Shown one piece after another: positions 40,601 to 52,905 of a stretch of 64,000 bases of DNA. Source of the stretch: Macrostomum lignano. Taxonomy: Eukaryota. Location: contig NIVC01002780.1 in NCBI GenBank assembly GCA_002269645.1, positions 77,044 to 141,043 of the forward strand, given 5' to 3'. How positions within the stretch are numbered: position 1 is the first letter of the stretch; each line of letters opens with the position of its first letter. The position numbers and the translations under genes were made by a program. Under the pieces are notes generated by a model that was not told the origin of the DNA, did not search any database, and saw nothing but the letters and a program-made list of their open reading frames with translations.

Positions 40601-43600
40601 GAAATCTGCGGGCTCTGTCTGGGCCGGTGCGGGATCTTGTCACGTGCTACTTTCCTGTACCGAATATCTATCTATCCCCCTAGCCGCCCAGCACTAGCTT
40701 TGATATTTGGTGCATATAGTGCGCCTGGTTGCTAATGATACTACTCACTAGAATAAGTAGTGTGCCTTTTTTAAAATAAGAAAATACATTCGCCACTTAA
40801 TCAATGCTGTCGGAGAAGGAACCGAATGCGATATGTGGAAATGAGTGCAAAACCCCGGGAGAGGTTGAGTAAAAATAGAACTGCGATGATGAGGAGAGAC
40901 GGAGACGTGAGGAGACAAGAGTGTGGATCTCAGTGCACCGCTAACGCACTCGCTCCTGCTAGGACGGAGGATTCCATGCAGTTCGCGGATCTGATAAATC
41001 CTCTCTATACACAGCTATCGTACAGACAGCGTGCGTGCGGGTTGGGCAGTTTTTCCTCAACTGGCAATCCTAGTTTATTCCGCAATCTTTTCTCCCCTCT
41101 CTTTCTCCCCTCTTATTCCTGTCTTCGAGTTCCCCTCGTTGGATTTATGGGGGAAAGCTGCTAGCAGATCTCTCTCTCTCTCTCTCTTTGTACTTTTCCA
41201 CCCCTTTCCCTATGACGAATCCCTTCTACGAGTTTTGTCTCGCATAGAGACGCCTAACCGCAGTCAATCCTGTGAAACTTGTCTCTGCCTGGCTGAAAGC
41301 TTGTAATGAGTGAGTAGGCTGGGTTGGAGGGTAATAGTGGATCGGGAAGGGCTGTGGGTAGCTGTATAGGAAGGCAGGCCTATACCTGTACCAAGGTGCT
41401 CTGACGGTATCCCTCAGGCGCCCTCTGAGCGAACAGCCAGCGACCCTATTAAAGCTGGAGTGTGCCAGAACCAGGACTGAGTCTGAGCAGGACGGGACCG
41501 TTGGCACGGTCACAATAGAAATGGCGGGTTGGCGAAGCAAAGGGTGAAATAGTCCCGGCGATTAGCCCTCCTGCCGCTTCAAAGATAAGAGACTGTCTGT
41601 TGGCAAGAGTACCCGGGGTCTAGTTGGGGGGGAGGCTCCTTCGGGTTGCCACGGCCTTGGGGGCGGTCAAATGACCGGCATTGGCTTTTCTAACCCAGGA
41701 GTAGGCACGGGCTTCCCTGAATGGTTCACTCAACCCTCTCTGGCCCCGGGGAGGTTTTTGATATGTACCCGGGGGTGGTGGGCGGTCGGCCCCAGCATGG
41801 TTGCCACGGCTCTAGGCCTTCGGGCCATCCCTAATAGGCTAAGGGGCCTTCTAACCTGGTTTTTGGGCACGGGCTCCTGACTGGTTCGTCGAACCGCTGT
41901 CACTGTCCCCCGGGGAGGTTTGGATTTTATGATATTGCCCTGTACAGTCCTCTATAGTCTAATTGGCTTTTAGTGTACATTAGTACACTCCCAATCTGGA
42001 ACCTAAATTATCTCTAGTGGCGTAAGAGCCTTTTTACTTAGGCTGAGGCGCCGGAAGTACTTATCATAGTCATAGTCATAGTCATAGTCATAGGAAATGA
42101 GTGCAAAACCCCGGGAGAGGTTGAGTAAAAATAAAACTGCGATGATGAGGAGAGACGGAGACGTGAGGAGACAAGAGTGTGGATCTCAGTGCACCGCTAA
42201 CGCACTCGCTCCTGCTAGGACGGAGGATTCCATGCAGCTCGCGGATCTGATAAATCCTCTCTATACACAGCTATCGTACAGCGTGCGTGCGGGTTGGGCA
42301 GTTTTTCCTCAACTGGCAATCCTAGTTTATTCCGCAATCTTTTCTCCCCTCTCTTTCTCCCCTCTTATCCCTGTCTTCGAGTTCCCCTCGGATTTATGGG
42401 GGAAAGCTGCTAGCAGATCTCTCTCTCTCTCTCTTTGTACTTTTCCACCCCTTTCCCTATGACGAATCCCACGCTTGATGCCCTTTTGTTAACATTTGCC
42501 CTCACTCCTGACCTTGATAATTTGGAAAACGGGAAAGCGGAAACAAAAACACAGCAGCAACTTTAAGAGATAAAGGGAAAGAAAGTGCCTAACACAAAGA
42601 TACCACACTATTGCTTTTTAAAGTACAGATTTGAGTGCTTTTTTCCATAGATACTTTCTAGCTGGTCGTAAAACTGATTTAAGTACGAGTACAACTTGAT
42701 TGGCTATAGACATAAGCTGACCTTGAAACCGATCAAGGTCAAGCACAACCTTCCTTAAGTGGGTTTTTCTATAGACACTTTCTCTAATTGGTTGCTCCAC
42801 AGACCCCTTTTGGGCCATAGACAATGAAAAGCAATTCTTTGATAGCTCTATTCTCCCAGTTAGGATTAGATTGCTCAATTGGCTTAGAAATTGTAGATTT
42901 GTATTCTTTGTTGTTAGTTGTTTTTACAAGCTATATAATCCTTAAGTTATTGGTTTGCTCGGCCTGGTAAAACATATAGGACAGTTAGGGCAGGGGTCTA
43001 TATGCTTTTTTATGTTGCACCAACACTATTTGGTTGTAAATCTAGGTCCTAGGATGTTAAGCCCCCCGGCTTGTTACACGCTCGCCTGACTCTACTCATT
43101 ACTGGATTGGGAGTGGCCAGGGAGTACTAAGAGATATTGATTATCTATAGAATGTAGTGTACCGCTCTACTTCATAACTAGATTCCTAGCTTGAATTATC
43201 CATGGAGTGTGGGCGCTGGCTTTTTTACTAGCTGAAAATCAAGCTCTAGGTACAATTGGTTGATAAGGCCTAGATAAAAGTATTAATTAACCAGAAGCTA
43301 GCTTGTATAGCTACAATCGTCTGTTAGTTATGCTTACAGTTAGTAATTTCATATATATCGCTCGTATTTCCAGCCACATCCGCAATCTGTGTTAACACCA
43401 TTGATGCTTTTTGGGGATTCTTTTCAGTTAAAGGTGGGAGGACATCTATATGATTATTAATTGTTATTCAAGAAGCTGTCATAGAAACGGCTCGAGTCTT
43501 CTTCTTAGCTGGCTTCTTTCTCTCTCTATTCCCTTGCTTTAATGCACTAGTCCCGGTGAGAGAAGAAGGCACTTTCTGTACCCTGCTCGGCCCTACTCAT

Positions 43601-46600
43601 TTCTCTGCCTCACTGCCTGCTCTAGCGCATGCACTCTCTCCCTCTCACTCTCTCTTCTCTGTCATACTCTATCGATTGCTAGCGCTGCGTCCCTCAGCTC
43701 TACCCCCTGCCTCTGCCTTCATCCCGATAGTGCGCCCCACTCGTGCTTTCCAGCCCACCCCTCTCCTTCCAGCAAAAGCCTGTACAGTTAGTTTCTGTCA
43801 TTTCCTTACTGCAGATTTTCTTTAGGCACCAGTCCCAACCCCCAGCCCAAGAAAGCCCCAACGCCCGCAGTAGGCCTCTCATTTGAGGAGCAGCAGGGGA
43901 GGGTGCTGGCCTGTAACCCGCCCGACCCGTTGCGTGCTGTGCTGTCACGGTGAGAGGGAGAGAGGTGGGGGTTGTGGCTCTGCTGCCGTCTTATTTTCCT
44001 GCCTATATGCTAAAAATGCAAGAATTGGAAGGAGGAGTCAGGAGGCCCACACTGTAGCAGGGATAGGGCAGTGCGTTTTCGCCTTTGTTGTGTTTATTCC
44101 CTACCCCTATCCGCATCACCAAATCGATTATCCCCCTCCCGCTCTCTATCCTGCCTGCCTCCCCATCCCCTCTCTGACCGGCTGTATCTCGCTGTCCCTG
44201 GCAACCCGACTCAAATAGAAATACTGCACGGCAGTACCTCGCCCGGACAGAACTGGTGCCGCAAAAGGGGAGAGACTCTCTCTGTCCCGTCCCCTCTGTC
44301 TCACCGTCCGTCTGGCCTTCTCTTTCACCTTTCCCAATCCCCGTGTCCTTCGCCGCTCTCCATCCGGTTTGCGGTGATCGGTTCGCACAGCTGCCCCCCC
44401 CCCCTGAACTCGCGGACATTAGTTACTTTATTTCCCCTGCGCCTGAAATTCTCCAAATATTGTTTGATAGCGACGCCAGCCTCCCAGTCAATCCTTGCGC
44501 ACTGGAAGGCGCCGGCAGCAAAATTGATTGCCTAAAATGCATTTTCAGGCATCGAGGCAGTCGCAGCTCCTCGTCAGGGCTAGCCGCCTTTGGTGCTGCA
44601 CCGTCAGCCATGGCCACCCAGCAGCAGCCCTCGTCATCGTCTCAAGCAGCGGCCGCTTCTGACGCAGTCGCCGGTTCCGCCTCCACCCAAGCCGCTATGG
44701 ACGGGCGCGCCGGCGCGAGCGGCGCCGGATCAGCCGAGGCCGGGGCTGCTGCTTCCGCCGCTAGCGCCTCCTCCGCGGGCGGCGCCACGTCTTCGTCCTC
44801 TCAGCCGGCGCCGCCCCAGGCGCCGAGAAGCTTCCGGTTCGGCTCCGCCGACGCCATGCTTTTGCACTGCGGATTATCCGACGGCACTCCGGAAGAATTG
44901 CAGCGGCTCGAACAGCTGCTCGAGTCCAACGCTTTCCTAGGCGCTCACATGCACCAGCTGGTGGCGTCCCGCCTGTCCACCGGTGCCGCCCAGCGGGCTC
45001 ACCACCTGCTGCAGAGCCTCCAAGCTGCCGGCTCCGACCCCGAAGCCACGCTGCGCTGCCTGCACGATCTTCACCAGCTGCTTCTCATGGGCAACGAGGA
45101 GTCCTTAGCTGGCTTCCCGGCCAAAGCTGCCGTGCCGCTTATTGCCCAATGCCTGCCCTCGCCGTGCGTGCAGACCTGCTTCCTGGCCTGCCAGTGTCTC
45201 AACTGCCTGCTAGACCGGCTGCCCCGAAGCGCCTCCTGCGCTCTGGACGCCCTGCCCGCTCTGCTAGACAAATCCCAGCCGTTGGAAGTCATCGACGTTG
45301 CCGAGGCCGCTCTGTCGGCCGTGGAGCTGCTCTCCCGCCGTCACGGCCGCGCCGTACTGCAGGCCGGTGGCGTCTCCGCCTGTCTGCAGCACATTGACTT
45401 CTTCACCGCCGACATGCAGGCCCGTTCGCTGGCCGTGGTCGCCAACTGCTTCCAGCATGTCCGACCGGATGATTTTCATCTGGTGGCCGACTGCCTGGCC
45501 CCGTTGGCCGAGCGGCTCCGCCTGCCCGATCAGCGCGTGGCGGAGCGCGTGGTTGCCTGCTTCGGCCGCCTGTTGGAGAGCTGCCAGTCCGATCGCGGCC
45601 TGCTGATGCGCGTGGCCAACCAGGGCTCCCTGCTGGCCAACCTGCAGCAGCTGCTCATGGCCGGCAGTCCCTGCGCTTTCCACACCGCCCTCCGCGCTCT
45701 GCGCACCGCCAGCGCCGCCTGTCCTGAGCTGGCCGTTCAGCTGCTTCGCGACGGATTGGCTGACAATCTTCGATACCTGCTAGCGCCTGCCGCCTCCGCC
45801 AGGTCCGCTTCGTCTGGCGACACTCTGGAAACTGTTCGCCTAATCTGCGAGCTCCTGCCGCCACTGCCCGGTCCGTCTTCATCCGCCGCTTCCGGCTCCT
45901 CGGCGGCTGCCGTTTCCGCCTCTTCCGCTTCTCTGTTAGCAGTGGACGCCGCTGCCGTTGGCGGCTTCTCCGTCTGTCCGTCCGGCCCCACGGCCCAGTG
46001 GATGTGGCAGGACGACAAAGGCGGCTGGCGGGCGTACTCGCCGGACACTAGCCAGGCTATTGAGCAGGCCTACCAGACTGGGGAACAGCCCGAGCTGCCT
46101 GTTGTAGCCGCGGGTCGGACCTACCTTATTGACCTGGCCCGCGGAGAGCAGGTGAGCCCAATAGAGAGAGAATATGAGTTTTAATTATCACTGTCGTTAG
46201 CTCAGTCCTCAATCTGGGCAAAACTTTACTCCAATTATTATTTTCAGATCAACGAAGAGACCGGCAACACGCGACCTGTGCAGCGGCGACTCATCGACTC
46301 GCCGTCCGCTTCGCCTAGCGGCGCCGCTGCCGCCTCCGCCTCTGTTTCAACCACCGGAGCAGCCGCCTCTACTGCAGCCGAGGCCGGACGCGACGCCCGC
46401 GCCGAGCTCATCGCCGAGGGCGGCGAGCTAGCGGCCCGCCTTGTAGAGACTCTCCTGCCGGCTCTGCTTGACACGTTCACCGATTCCAGCAGCCAGTCGG
46501 TCCGTCTGGCATGCCTGCAAGCCGTGCTCCGCCTGCTGTGCCACTGCGAGCCCGCGCTGCTCCGCCCGGCCATCAGTCCTCATAGTCTGGCCGGCTGCCT

Positions 46601-49600
46601 GGCCGGAATGCTGGCCGCTCAGGACCTGCGAGTTGTGGCCGGCGCCGTCCAGCTGGCCGGCTTGCTGTTGGCCCGCCTGCCCGATCTGCTCACCGTCAGC
46701 TTCCGTCGGCAGGGCGTGGTGCACGCGCTCGAGCGGATTGCCAACTGCTCGCATCCGCTCTTCCAGCAGCAGTCGGCACTGTCCACCGGCTCTTCTACGG
46801 CCGCCCACCCAGCTGCCCATCCGGCGTCATCTAGTGGAGGCTCGGCCACTGCGCCAACCACGCCAACAACTCCGACAACGCCGACAACCCCGGAGCCGGC
46901 CACCGCCGCTGCCACCGCCCGCCTAACCGACTTTCTTCGTCGCAGGAAAACGGCAGCCGCCGCGGCCGCCGCTTCGGCCAGTTCGGGCGCTTCCGCCCAG
47001 CCGGAGGAGGTCGCCTCAAGCGGTCGGGTGACTCGCAGCGGCCGCAGCGATGCCAGCGGCTCAACCCGCGCTAAATCTGGCCGCCTGGCCGCCCGAGCGC
47101 ACAGCCTGTTCAGCCACCTGGCTCCATGGGCTCAGCGCCCGCCTCCGCCGCCGCCGTCGCGGCCCAGCCCAGCCGAGCAAGCGCAGGCTCAAGCGCAGGC
47201 CGCCGCCAGAGCCGGGGACCGGGTTCGAGCCTGGGCCAGGGAGCAGGCCGCCCGGCTCTGCCGTACTCACTTTGCCTCTCCGCTGCCCTCGGACCCGGCG
47301 GCCGCGGTGGCCAGACTAGGCCAGCTGGCGCAGTGCCTGCCGGACTCGCTGCCGGAGGTGGCCAGCCTGCTTAGCCAAGCGGATCTCAGCGCATTCGAGC
47401 TGCTGCACTGCGGCCTGCTGCCCGCTCTGCAGGCCTGCCTGTGTCCCCGGCCCCCAGCCTGTCAGGACAGGCCGCTGCGCGCATTCGCTACGGTATTTCT
47501 CCGCCTGCCCGACTGTCCGATGACGAAATCGACGGCTGTCGCCTCGGCTGCGGGGCCGCTGTCGCGGCTCGTGTCCCAGCTGCTGGCCTGCCTGCACCAG
47601 ACTGAATCATTCAGCGTGCGCGTGGCCGACGCCCGAGGCGGCGGCTCCCTGCTGAGCCAGCTGGGCTCGCATCAGCTGCGCTGCTTGCTGGTGCGGCATC
47701 CCGGCGCGCCTCCGCCGCAAGATCCGCACTCGGAGCCGGCCGGACCTGTCAAGGTTTCTCCATTTGTACTTTTAATTTGATTTATATTATAGTCTAACTA
47801 ATTTCAGCTATGTCAGAGCCTGAGTGTTATTTACACTACCCACCGCCTGCAGGTCGACCCGCTCGCTCTGGTGCACACTGTCGAGCGCTACCTCGCCGAA
47901 CGAATCGGCGATTCCGACGATGGCGAACCCGACGGCGGCAGCGGCAGCGGCAGCGGCGGCGGAGGCGATGGCGGCGCGGATGAGGACAGCTCCGGCACCG
48001 AGCCGGAGGACTCCGCCGAGCCAGTTGAACCTGCCGCATCTGCCAGCGCAGCGGCGGCCGCTCGGCGTCGTCGACGCCGCCGTCTCCGACTCCAGCTGCT
48101 GATTGGCGACGCCGTGCTGCAGTCCAGCATGACTGTCCTGCAGGCTGTCCGCCTGCACAGCGCCGGCTGCAGCTCAGACAATCCGGACCCTCTGTCCGGC
48201 CTGGCCTCCGTGTGGGCCCGCACCCACACCATCTACTATCGGCCCGTGCCGTCAGCCGCTTCTGCCGCTGGCTCCAACACTCGCAGCCATGCTGGGCACC
48301 AACAGCAGTCGCAGTCGCATCGCCGGTCTCGCGCCGCTACCGAAGGCTCCTCGCCAGCCGCATCGGCCATTTACAATGCCGCCACAGCCGCCGCCGCTGC
48401 CGCTAAGGCTGCCGCCGCTTCGCCGCTGCGGCATTATCAAGACCAGCAGGCTCTGCAGGCCATCTCCGGCCTCACCGACCCCTGCCGGTCTGTGCTGTCG
48501 CTCCTGTCTGTGCTGTACGGCCTCAACCTGCACTATTCAGCGCTATACAGCACCAGCTATTGCGAGGCCGATTCGCTGTTGCCGCCAGATGAGTTTGTGA
48601 GCGCCAAGCTGACGGCTAAAGTGGTCCGACAGCTGCAGGACCCGCTGGCTGTGCTCACTGGACAGGTGAGTTTGGGATAATTCCCGCTTCTCGTGATTAG
48701 CATCCCCTCAATTCCCGCTTCTCGTGATTAGCATCCCCTCAATTCCCCTTCCCCATGATTAGCATCCCCTCAATTCCCCTTCCCCATGATTAGCATCCCC
48801 TCAATTCCCCTTCCCCATGATTAGCATCCCCTCAATTCCCCTTCCCCATAATTAGCATCCCCTCAATTCCCGCTCCCCATGATTAGCATCCCCTCAATTC
48901 CCCTTCCCCATAATTAGCATCCCCTCAATTCCCGCTCCCCATGATTAGCATCCCCTCAATTCCCCTTCCCCATAATTAGCATCCCCTCAATTCCCCTTCC
49001 CCATGATTAGCATCCCCTCAATTCCCCTTCCCCATGATTAGCATCCCCTCAATTCCCCTTCCCCATGATTAGCATCCCCTCAATTCCCCTTCCCCATGAT
49101 TAGCATCCCCTCAATTCCTCTTCCCCATAATTAGCATCCCCTCAATTCTGGCTACCATTCGCCACTCGCCCAGGTTCCCAACTGGGTCGGTCAGCTGGCC
49201 GCCGCTTGCCCCTTCCTGCTTGGCTTCGAGGCCCGGCACCTGCTGCTGTACGTGCTGCACTTCGACCGGGACAGGGCGCTGCTCCGCCTGCAGGAGCTCA
49301 GCGGCGAGGCCAACTCTGGCCAGGAAGCCGGTGCCGGAGGCGCTGGCGCCGCTAACGCCGACTCCAGCCGGTCGGGTCGAGTGGTGCCAAAAGTGGAGAA
49401 ACGCCGCCGGGTGATCAGCCGCAAAGATTTGCTCCGCTCGGCCGAGCGCGTACTGGAAGAGATGGGCCACTCGCGGGCTATGCTGGAGATTAGCTACGAA
49501 GGCGAAGTTGGCACGGGCCTCGGGCCCACGCTGGAGTTCTACTCGCTGGTTAGCAGGGAATTCTGCCGCGCCGATCTGGGCATCTGGCGCTCCGGCCACG

Positions 49601-51344
49601 AGCAGCCGAACGGCCTTCTGTGCCCGCCGTGCGGCCTCTATCCGCGCCCAATGGCCCGCAGCGGGCACGGACTCCAGCGGGCCAGGCAGAGATTCCGCAC
49701 TCTGGGCCGGCTGATGGCCAAATCTGTGCTGGACTCGCGCAAACTCGATCTGGCTCTGTCGCCAGTGTTCTACCAGTGGCTGCTGGGGCAGGAGGGCCAA
49801 CTGGGCTATCGGCAGCTGGCTTTGGTAGGTGTATTTTATTTAGCGAGTCAAATTTCTGAATATTCTTGAAAAATTAGGCACTCAAGTCGCCTTTGTACTT
49901 TAAAGGAGTTGAGTTTAAGACCCTTGCTTCACCCCGATTTCAATTTTAGGTCGATCAAGATCTGGCGCGCACCTGGCGCCAACTAGCCCAGCTGGCGCTG
50001 CGCCGGCGCCAAATACTCGAAGACGCGTCGCACACGCCTGCCTCGCGCGAGCTGGCCCTCGGCGCGCTCAACAATCTTGACGGCTGTCCGGTTGAAGAGC
50101 TCGGCCTGGACTTCACCTTGCCCGGCTATCCGGAACTCGAGCTGAACCGAGGCGGCCGGGACACCGTGGTCACCCTGGACCGCCTGGACGAGTACCTGGA
50201 GCTGGTGGCGCACTGGACCCTAGTGGAGGGAGTCCGCCGCCAGATGGAGGCTTTCATTGAAGGATTCGAGTCCGTGCTGCCGGCCTCGAATCTGCGGCTA
50301 TTCCGGCCAGAGGAGCTCGAGCTCGTGTTCTGCGGCGCCCCTGCCGGCGCCGACGCCTGGGACTCGGCCACGCTGGCCGAGGCTTGCCGGCCGGATCATG
50401 GATTCACGCTGGAGAGTCGAGCTATTCGACTGCTGTTCCAGCTGATGGCCGGCTTCGACCTCGGCCAGCGGCGCAGCTTCCTGCAGTTCGTGACTGGCTC
50501 GCCTCGGCTGCCGGTTGGCGGTGAGTGGCTCATCTAGTGGGGCTGTCAGTGGCTCATCTAGTGGGGCTGTCAGTGGCTCATCTAGTGGGGCTGTCAGTGG
50601 CTCATCTAGTGGGGCTGTCAGTGGCTCATCTAGTGGGGCTGTCAGTGGCTCATCTAGTGGGGCTGTCAGTGGCTCATCTAGTGGGGCTGTCAGTGGCTCA
50701 TCTAGTGGGGCTGTCAGTGGCTCATCTAGTGGGGCTGTCAGTGGCTCATCTAGTGGGGCTGTCAGTGGCTCATCTAGTGGGGCTGTCAGTGGCTCATCTA
50801 GTGGGGCTGTCAGTGGCTCATCTAGTGGGGCTGTCAGTGGCTCATCTAGTGGGGCTGTCAGTGGCTGACAGGGGGTGGCTCATCCCCCTGTCAGTGGCTC
50901 ATCTAGTGGGGCTGTCAGTGGCTCATCTAGTGGATCATCTTAGAAATTAGATTTACACTTGTTTGTAGTGAAAAATGGCACACATTATTCTGCGTATTCA
51001 AAAGAGGTATCGCTTTTGTGTTTACCCCATCTGAACCACGTGATTGACTGGTCGGTGGCTGGCCTAACACACGGTAATAAAATAAATAATATTGATGAAG
51101 CAACAAACGCAGCTGATCATTGACGCTCCCCTGCCCACCCCCTACAGGCTGGCGCGCGCTGCACCCGCCCCTGACGGTGGTTGTGAAACGAGTAGAAGGC
51201 GAGGACAATCCGGACAGTTACCTGCCGTCGGCCACCACCTGCGTGAATTATCTGAAACTGCCAGACTATTCCAGCGCCGAGGTGATGCGAGCCAAGCTGC
51301 AGCAGGCGATGGAGGAGGGCCAGCTGGCGTTTCACCTCAGTTGA
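29729..51344 (+). CDS. TRIP12: E3 ubiquitin ligase TRIP12/Ufd4-like (disordered N-terminus, ARM, WWE, HECT), ~1973 aa
   Basis: Core exons 44549-46151, 46248-47753, 47853-48665, 49174-49824, 49950-50520, 51148-51344 join in frame. WWE ([26 protein letters not shown]), [55 protein letters not shown] and catalytic [14 protein letters not shown]. Upstream exons 29729-29790, 29976-30018, 31656-32038 and 37554-37646 are phase-compatible. The core is more certain than the N-terminal join. Confidence 0.92.
30095..31552. repeat. 16-bp satellite (TGGAGTTTAGGGACTG)n, ~90 copies, in a TRIP12 intron
   Basis: Direct periodicity; most units contain TTTAGGG (variants TTTAGTG, TTTACGG); a 208-bp higher-order duplication at ~30901 / 31109. 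Confidence 0.98.
32145..33850. repeat. TCTG-derived 27-bp minisatellite grading into 45-bp variants
   Basis: Unit TCTGTCCTGTGTCTGACTGTCTGTCTA; source of the VLCLTVCLS ORFs. Confidence 0.97.
34420..34915. repeat. Pyrimidine-rich low-complexity tract (CATCTCTCCC-like)
   Basis: About 500 nt made almost entirely of C and T with spaced A/G. Confidence 0.9.
35520..36162. repeat. CACT/CATT-based minisatellite (~28-bp CACTCGTTCACTCACTTTCATTCTCTCA)
   Basis: Direct periodicity. Confidence 0.9.
37706..38300. repeat. 32-bp minisatellite, ~19 copies
   Basis: Unit CCTGTGAGAGAATCGCCCCTGAACCAACCATC. Confidence 0.95.
38680..40072. repeat. 23-bp satellite (CCAGAATCATTCAGTCCTCATGT)n, ~60 nearly identical copies
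   Basis: Direct periodicity with no spacers. Confidence 0.98.
40837..42470. mobile_element. Probable retroposed insertion: ~380-bp direct repeats (40837-41223, 42093-42470) around an ~870-bp insert ending in (TCATAG)5
   Basis: The two copies differ by a few substitutions and small indels; tandem tail at 42064-42093; no TG..CA LTR ends and no ORF. Confidence 0.55.
48680..49148. repeat. 31-bp minisatellite filling a TRIP12 intron, ~15 copies
   Basis: Unit CCCTTCCCCATGATTAGCATCCCCTCAATTC; runs from just after the donor (48666) to just before the acceptor (49173). Confidence 0.97.
50525..50932. repeat. 24-bp minisatellite, ~16 copies, abutting the last TRIP12 donor
   Basis: Unit GTGGCTCATCTAGTGGGGCTGTCA. 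Confidence 0.97.
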
Positions 51345-51764
51345 GCCTGTTCTCTTACGCATCTGCCGGCAAAGTTTCCAAAATAATGTACTATTCGGCC
51401 TTTCAAATATATTTGCCTACTGTACTACTATCAGCTGCCCGTGTGTGCAGTAGCATATTGTGCAAACTAACTGCAGTTTAATTATTATTATTACCGGCTG
51501 TACTAAATTTTAACTGTGTGAAGACCCAATTGAATTTATTCGTTGCTTTCAAAACTTTTTTCTTCACTTCAGTTCTCTTGAATTATTGTTGTTATATTTG
51601 TGCTTTTTTAAGAGAAAAACACTTTAAAGCAGTTCCCCTGTAGGTTTTTTTAGTCTGGCATGCTAAAATTTCTGCGCTGACACACTTTATGTAAGATTGT
51701 AAGAGTCTGTTACAGGAACTGACAAGCAGTTTTTACCTTGAGAGCCAGATAAATCATGAGAGAT

Positions 51765-52905
51765 CAGAGGAGAGATGAGAGTGCAGATGAGATGAGAGAA
51801 CAGAGGAGAGATCAGCGATCAGAGGGAGAGTTGAGGGAGCAGAGGAGAGATTAGAGGAGCGATTAGAGGAGAGATCAGAGATGAGAGAACAGAAGAAAGA
51901 TGAAAGAACAGAGAAGATTTGAGGGAGCAGAGGAGAGGAGAGATGAGAGAGCAGATGAGAGATGAGGGAACAGATGAGATGAGAGAGCAGAGGAGAGATC
52001 AGAGATCAGAGGAGAGATGAGAGAACAGAGGAGAGATGAGAGAACAGAGGAGAGATAAGAGAGCAGAGGAGAGATCAGAGAACAGAGGAGAGATGAGAGA
52101 ACAGAGGAGAGAGAGCAGAGGAGAGATAAGAGAGCAGAGGAGAGATGAGAGAACAGAGGAGAGATAAGAGAGCAGAGGAGAGATAAGAGAGCAGAGGAGA
52201 GATGAGAGAACAGAGGAGAGAGAGCAGAGGAGAGATCAGAGATCAGAGGAGAGATGAGAGAACAGAGGAGAGATGAGAGAACAGAGGAGAGATAAGAGAG
52301 CAGAGGAGAGAACAGAGAACAGAGGAGAGATGAGAGAACAGAGGAGAGAGAGCAGAGGAGAGATAAGAGAGCAGAGGAGAGATGAGAGAACAGAGGAGAG
52401 ATAAGAGAGCAGAGGAGAGATAAGAGAGCAGAGGAGAGATGAGAGAACAGAGGAGAGATAAGAGAGCAGAGGAGAGATAAGAGAACAGAGGAGAGATAAG
52501 AGAACAGAGGAGAGATAAGAGAACAGAGGAGAGATAAGAGAACAGAGGAGAGATCAGAGAACAGAGGAGAGATAAGAGAGCAGAGGAGAGATAAGAGAGC
52601 AGAGGAGAGATCAGAGAACAGAGGAGAGATAAGAGAACAGAGGAGAGATAAGAGAACAGAGGAGAGATAAGAGAGCAGAGGAGAGATAAGAGAGCAGAGG
52701 AGAGATCAGAGAACAGAGGAGAGATAAGAGAGCAGAGGAGAGATAAGAGAGCAGAGGAGAGATAAGAGAGCAGAGGAGAGATCAGAGAACAGAGGAGAGA
52801 TAAGAGAACAGAGGAGAGATAAGAGAGCAGAGGAGAGATAAGAGAGCAGAGGAGAGATGAGAGAACAGAGGAGAGATCAGAGAGCAGACGAGATAAGAGA
52901 GCATA
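51765..52905. repeat. Purine-rich ~19-bp minisatellite (AGAGCAGAGGAGAGATAAG) downstream of TRIP12
   Basis: Direct periodicity; source of the LSSLLCSLIS ORF. Confidence 0.95.

Noticed and set aside
44256-44548. N-terminal extension of the 642-aa ORF
   Set aside because: Lies upstream of a good acceptor (attttcag, 44548); pyrimidine-rich intron read-through.
44423-50445. Many antisense and alternative-frame ORFs over TRIP12 (also over IFT80 and the NR gene)
   Set aside because: Expected shadows of GC-rich coding sequence with no independent motifs.
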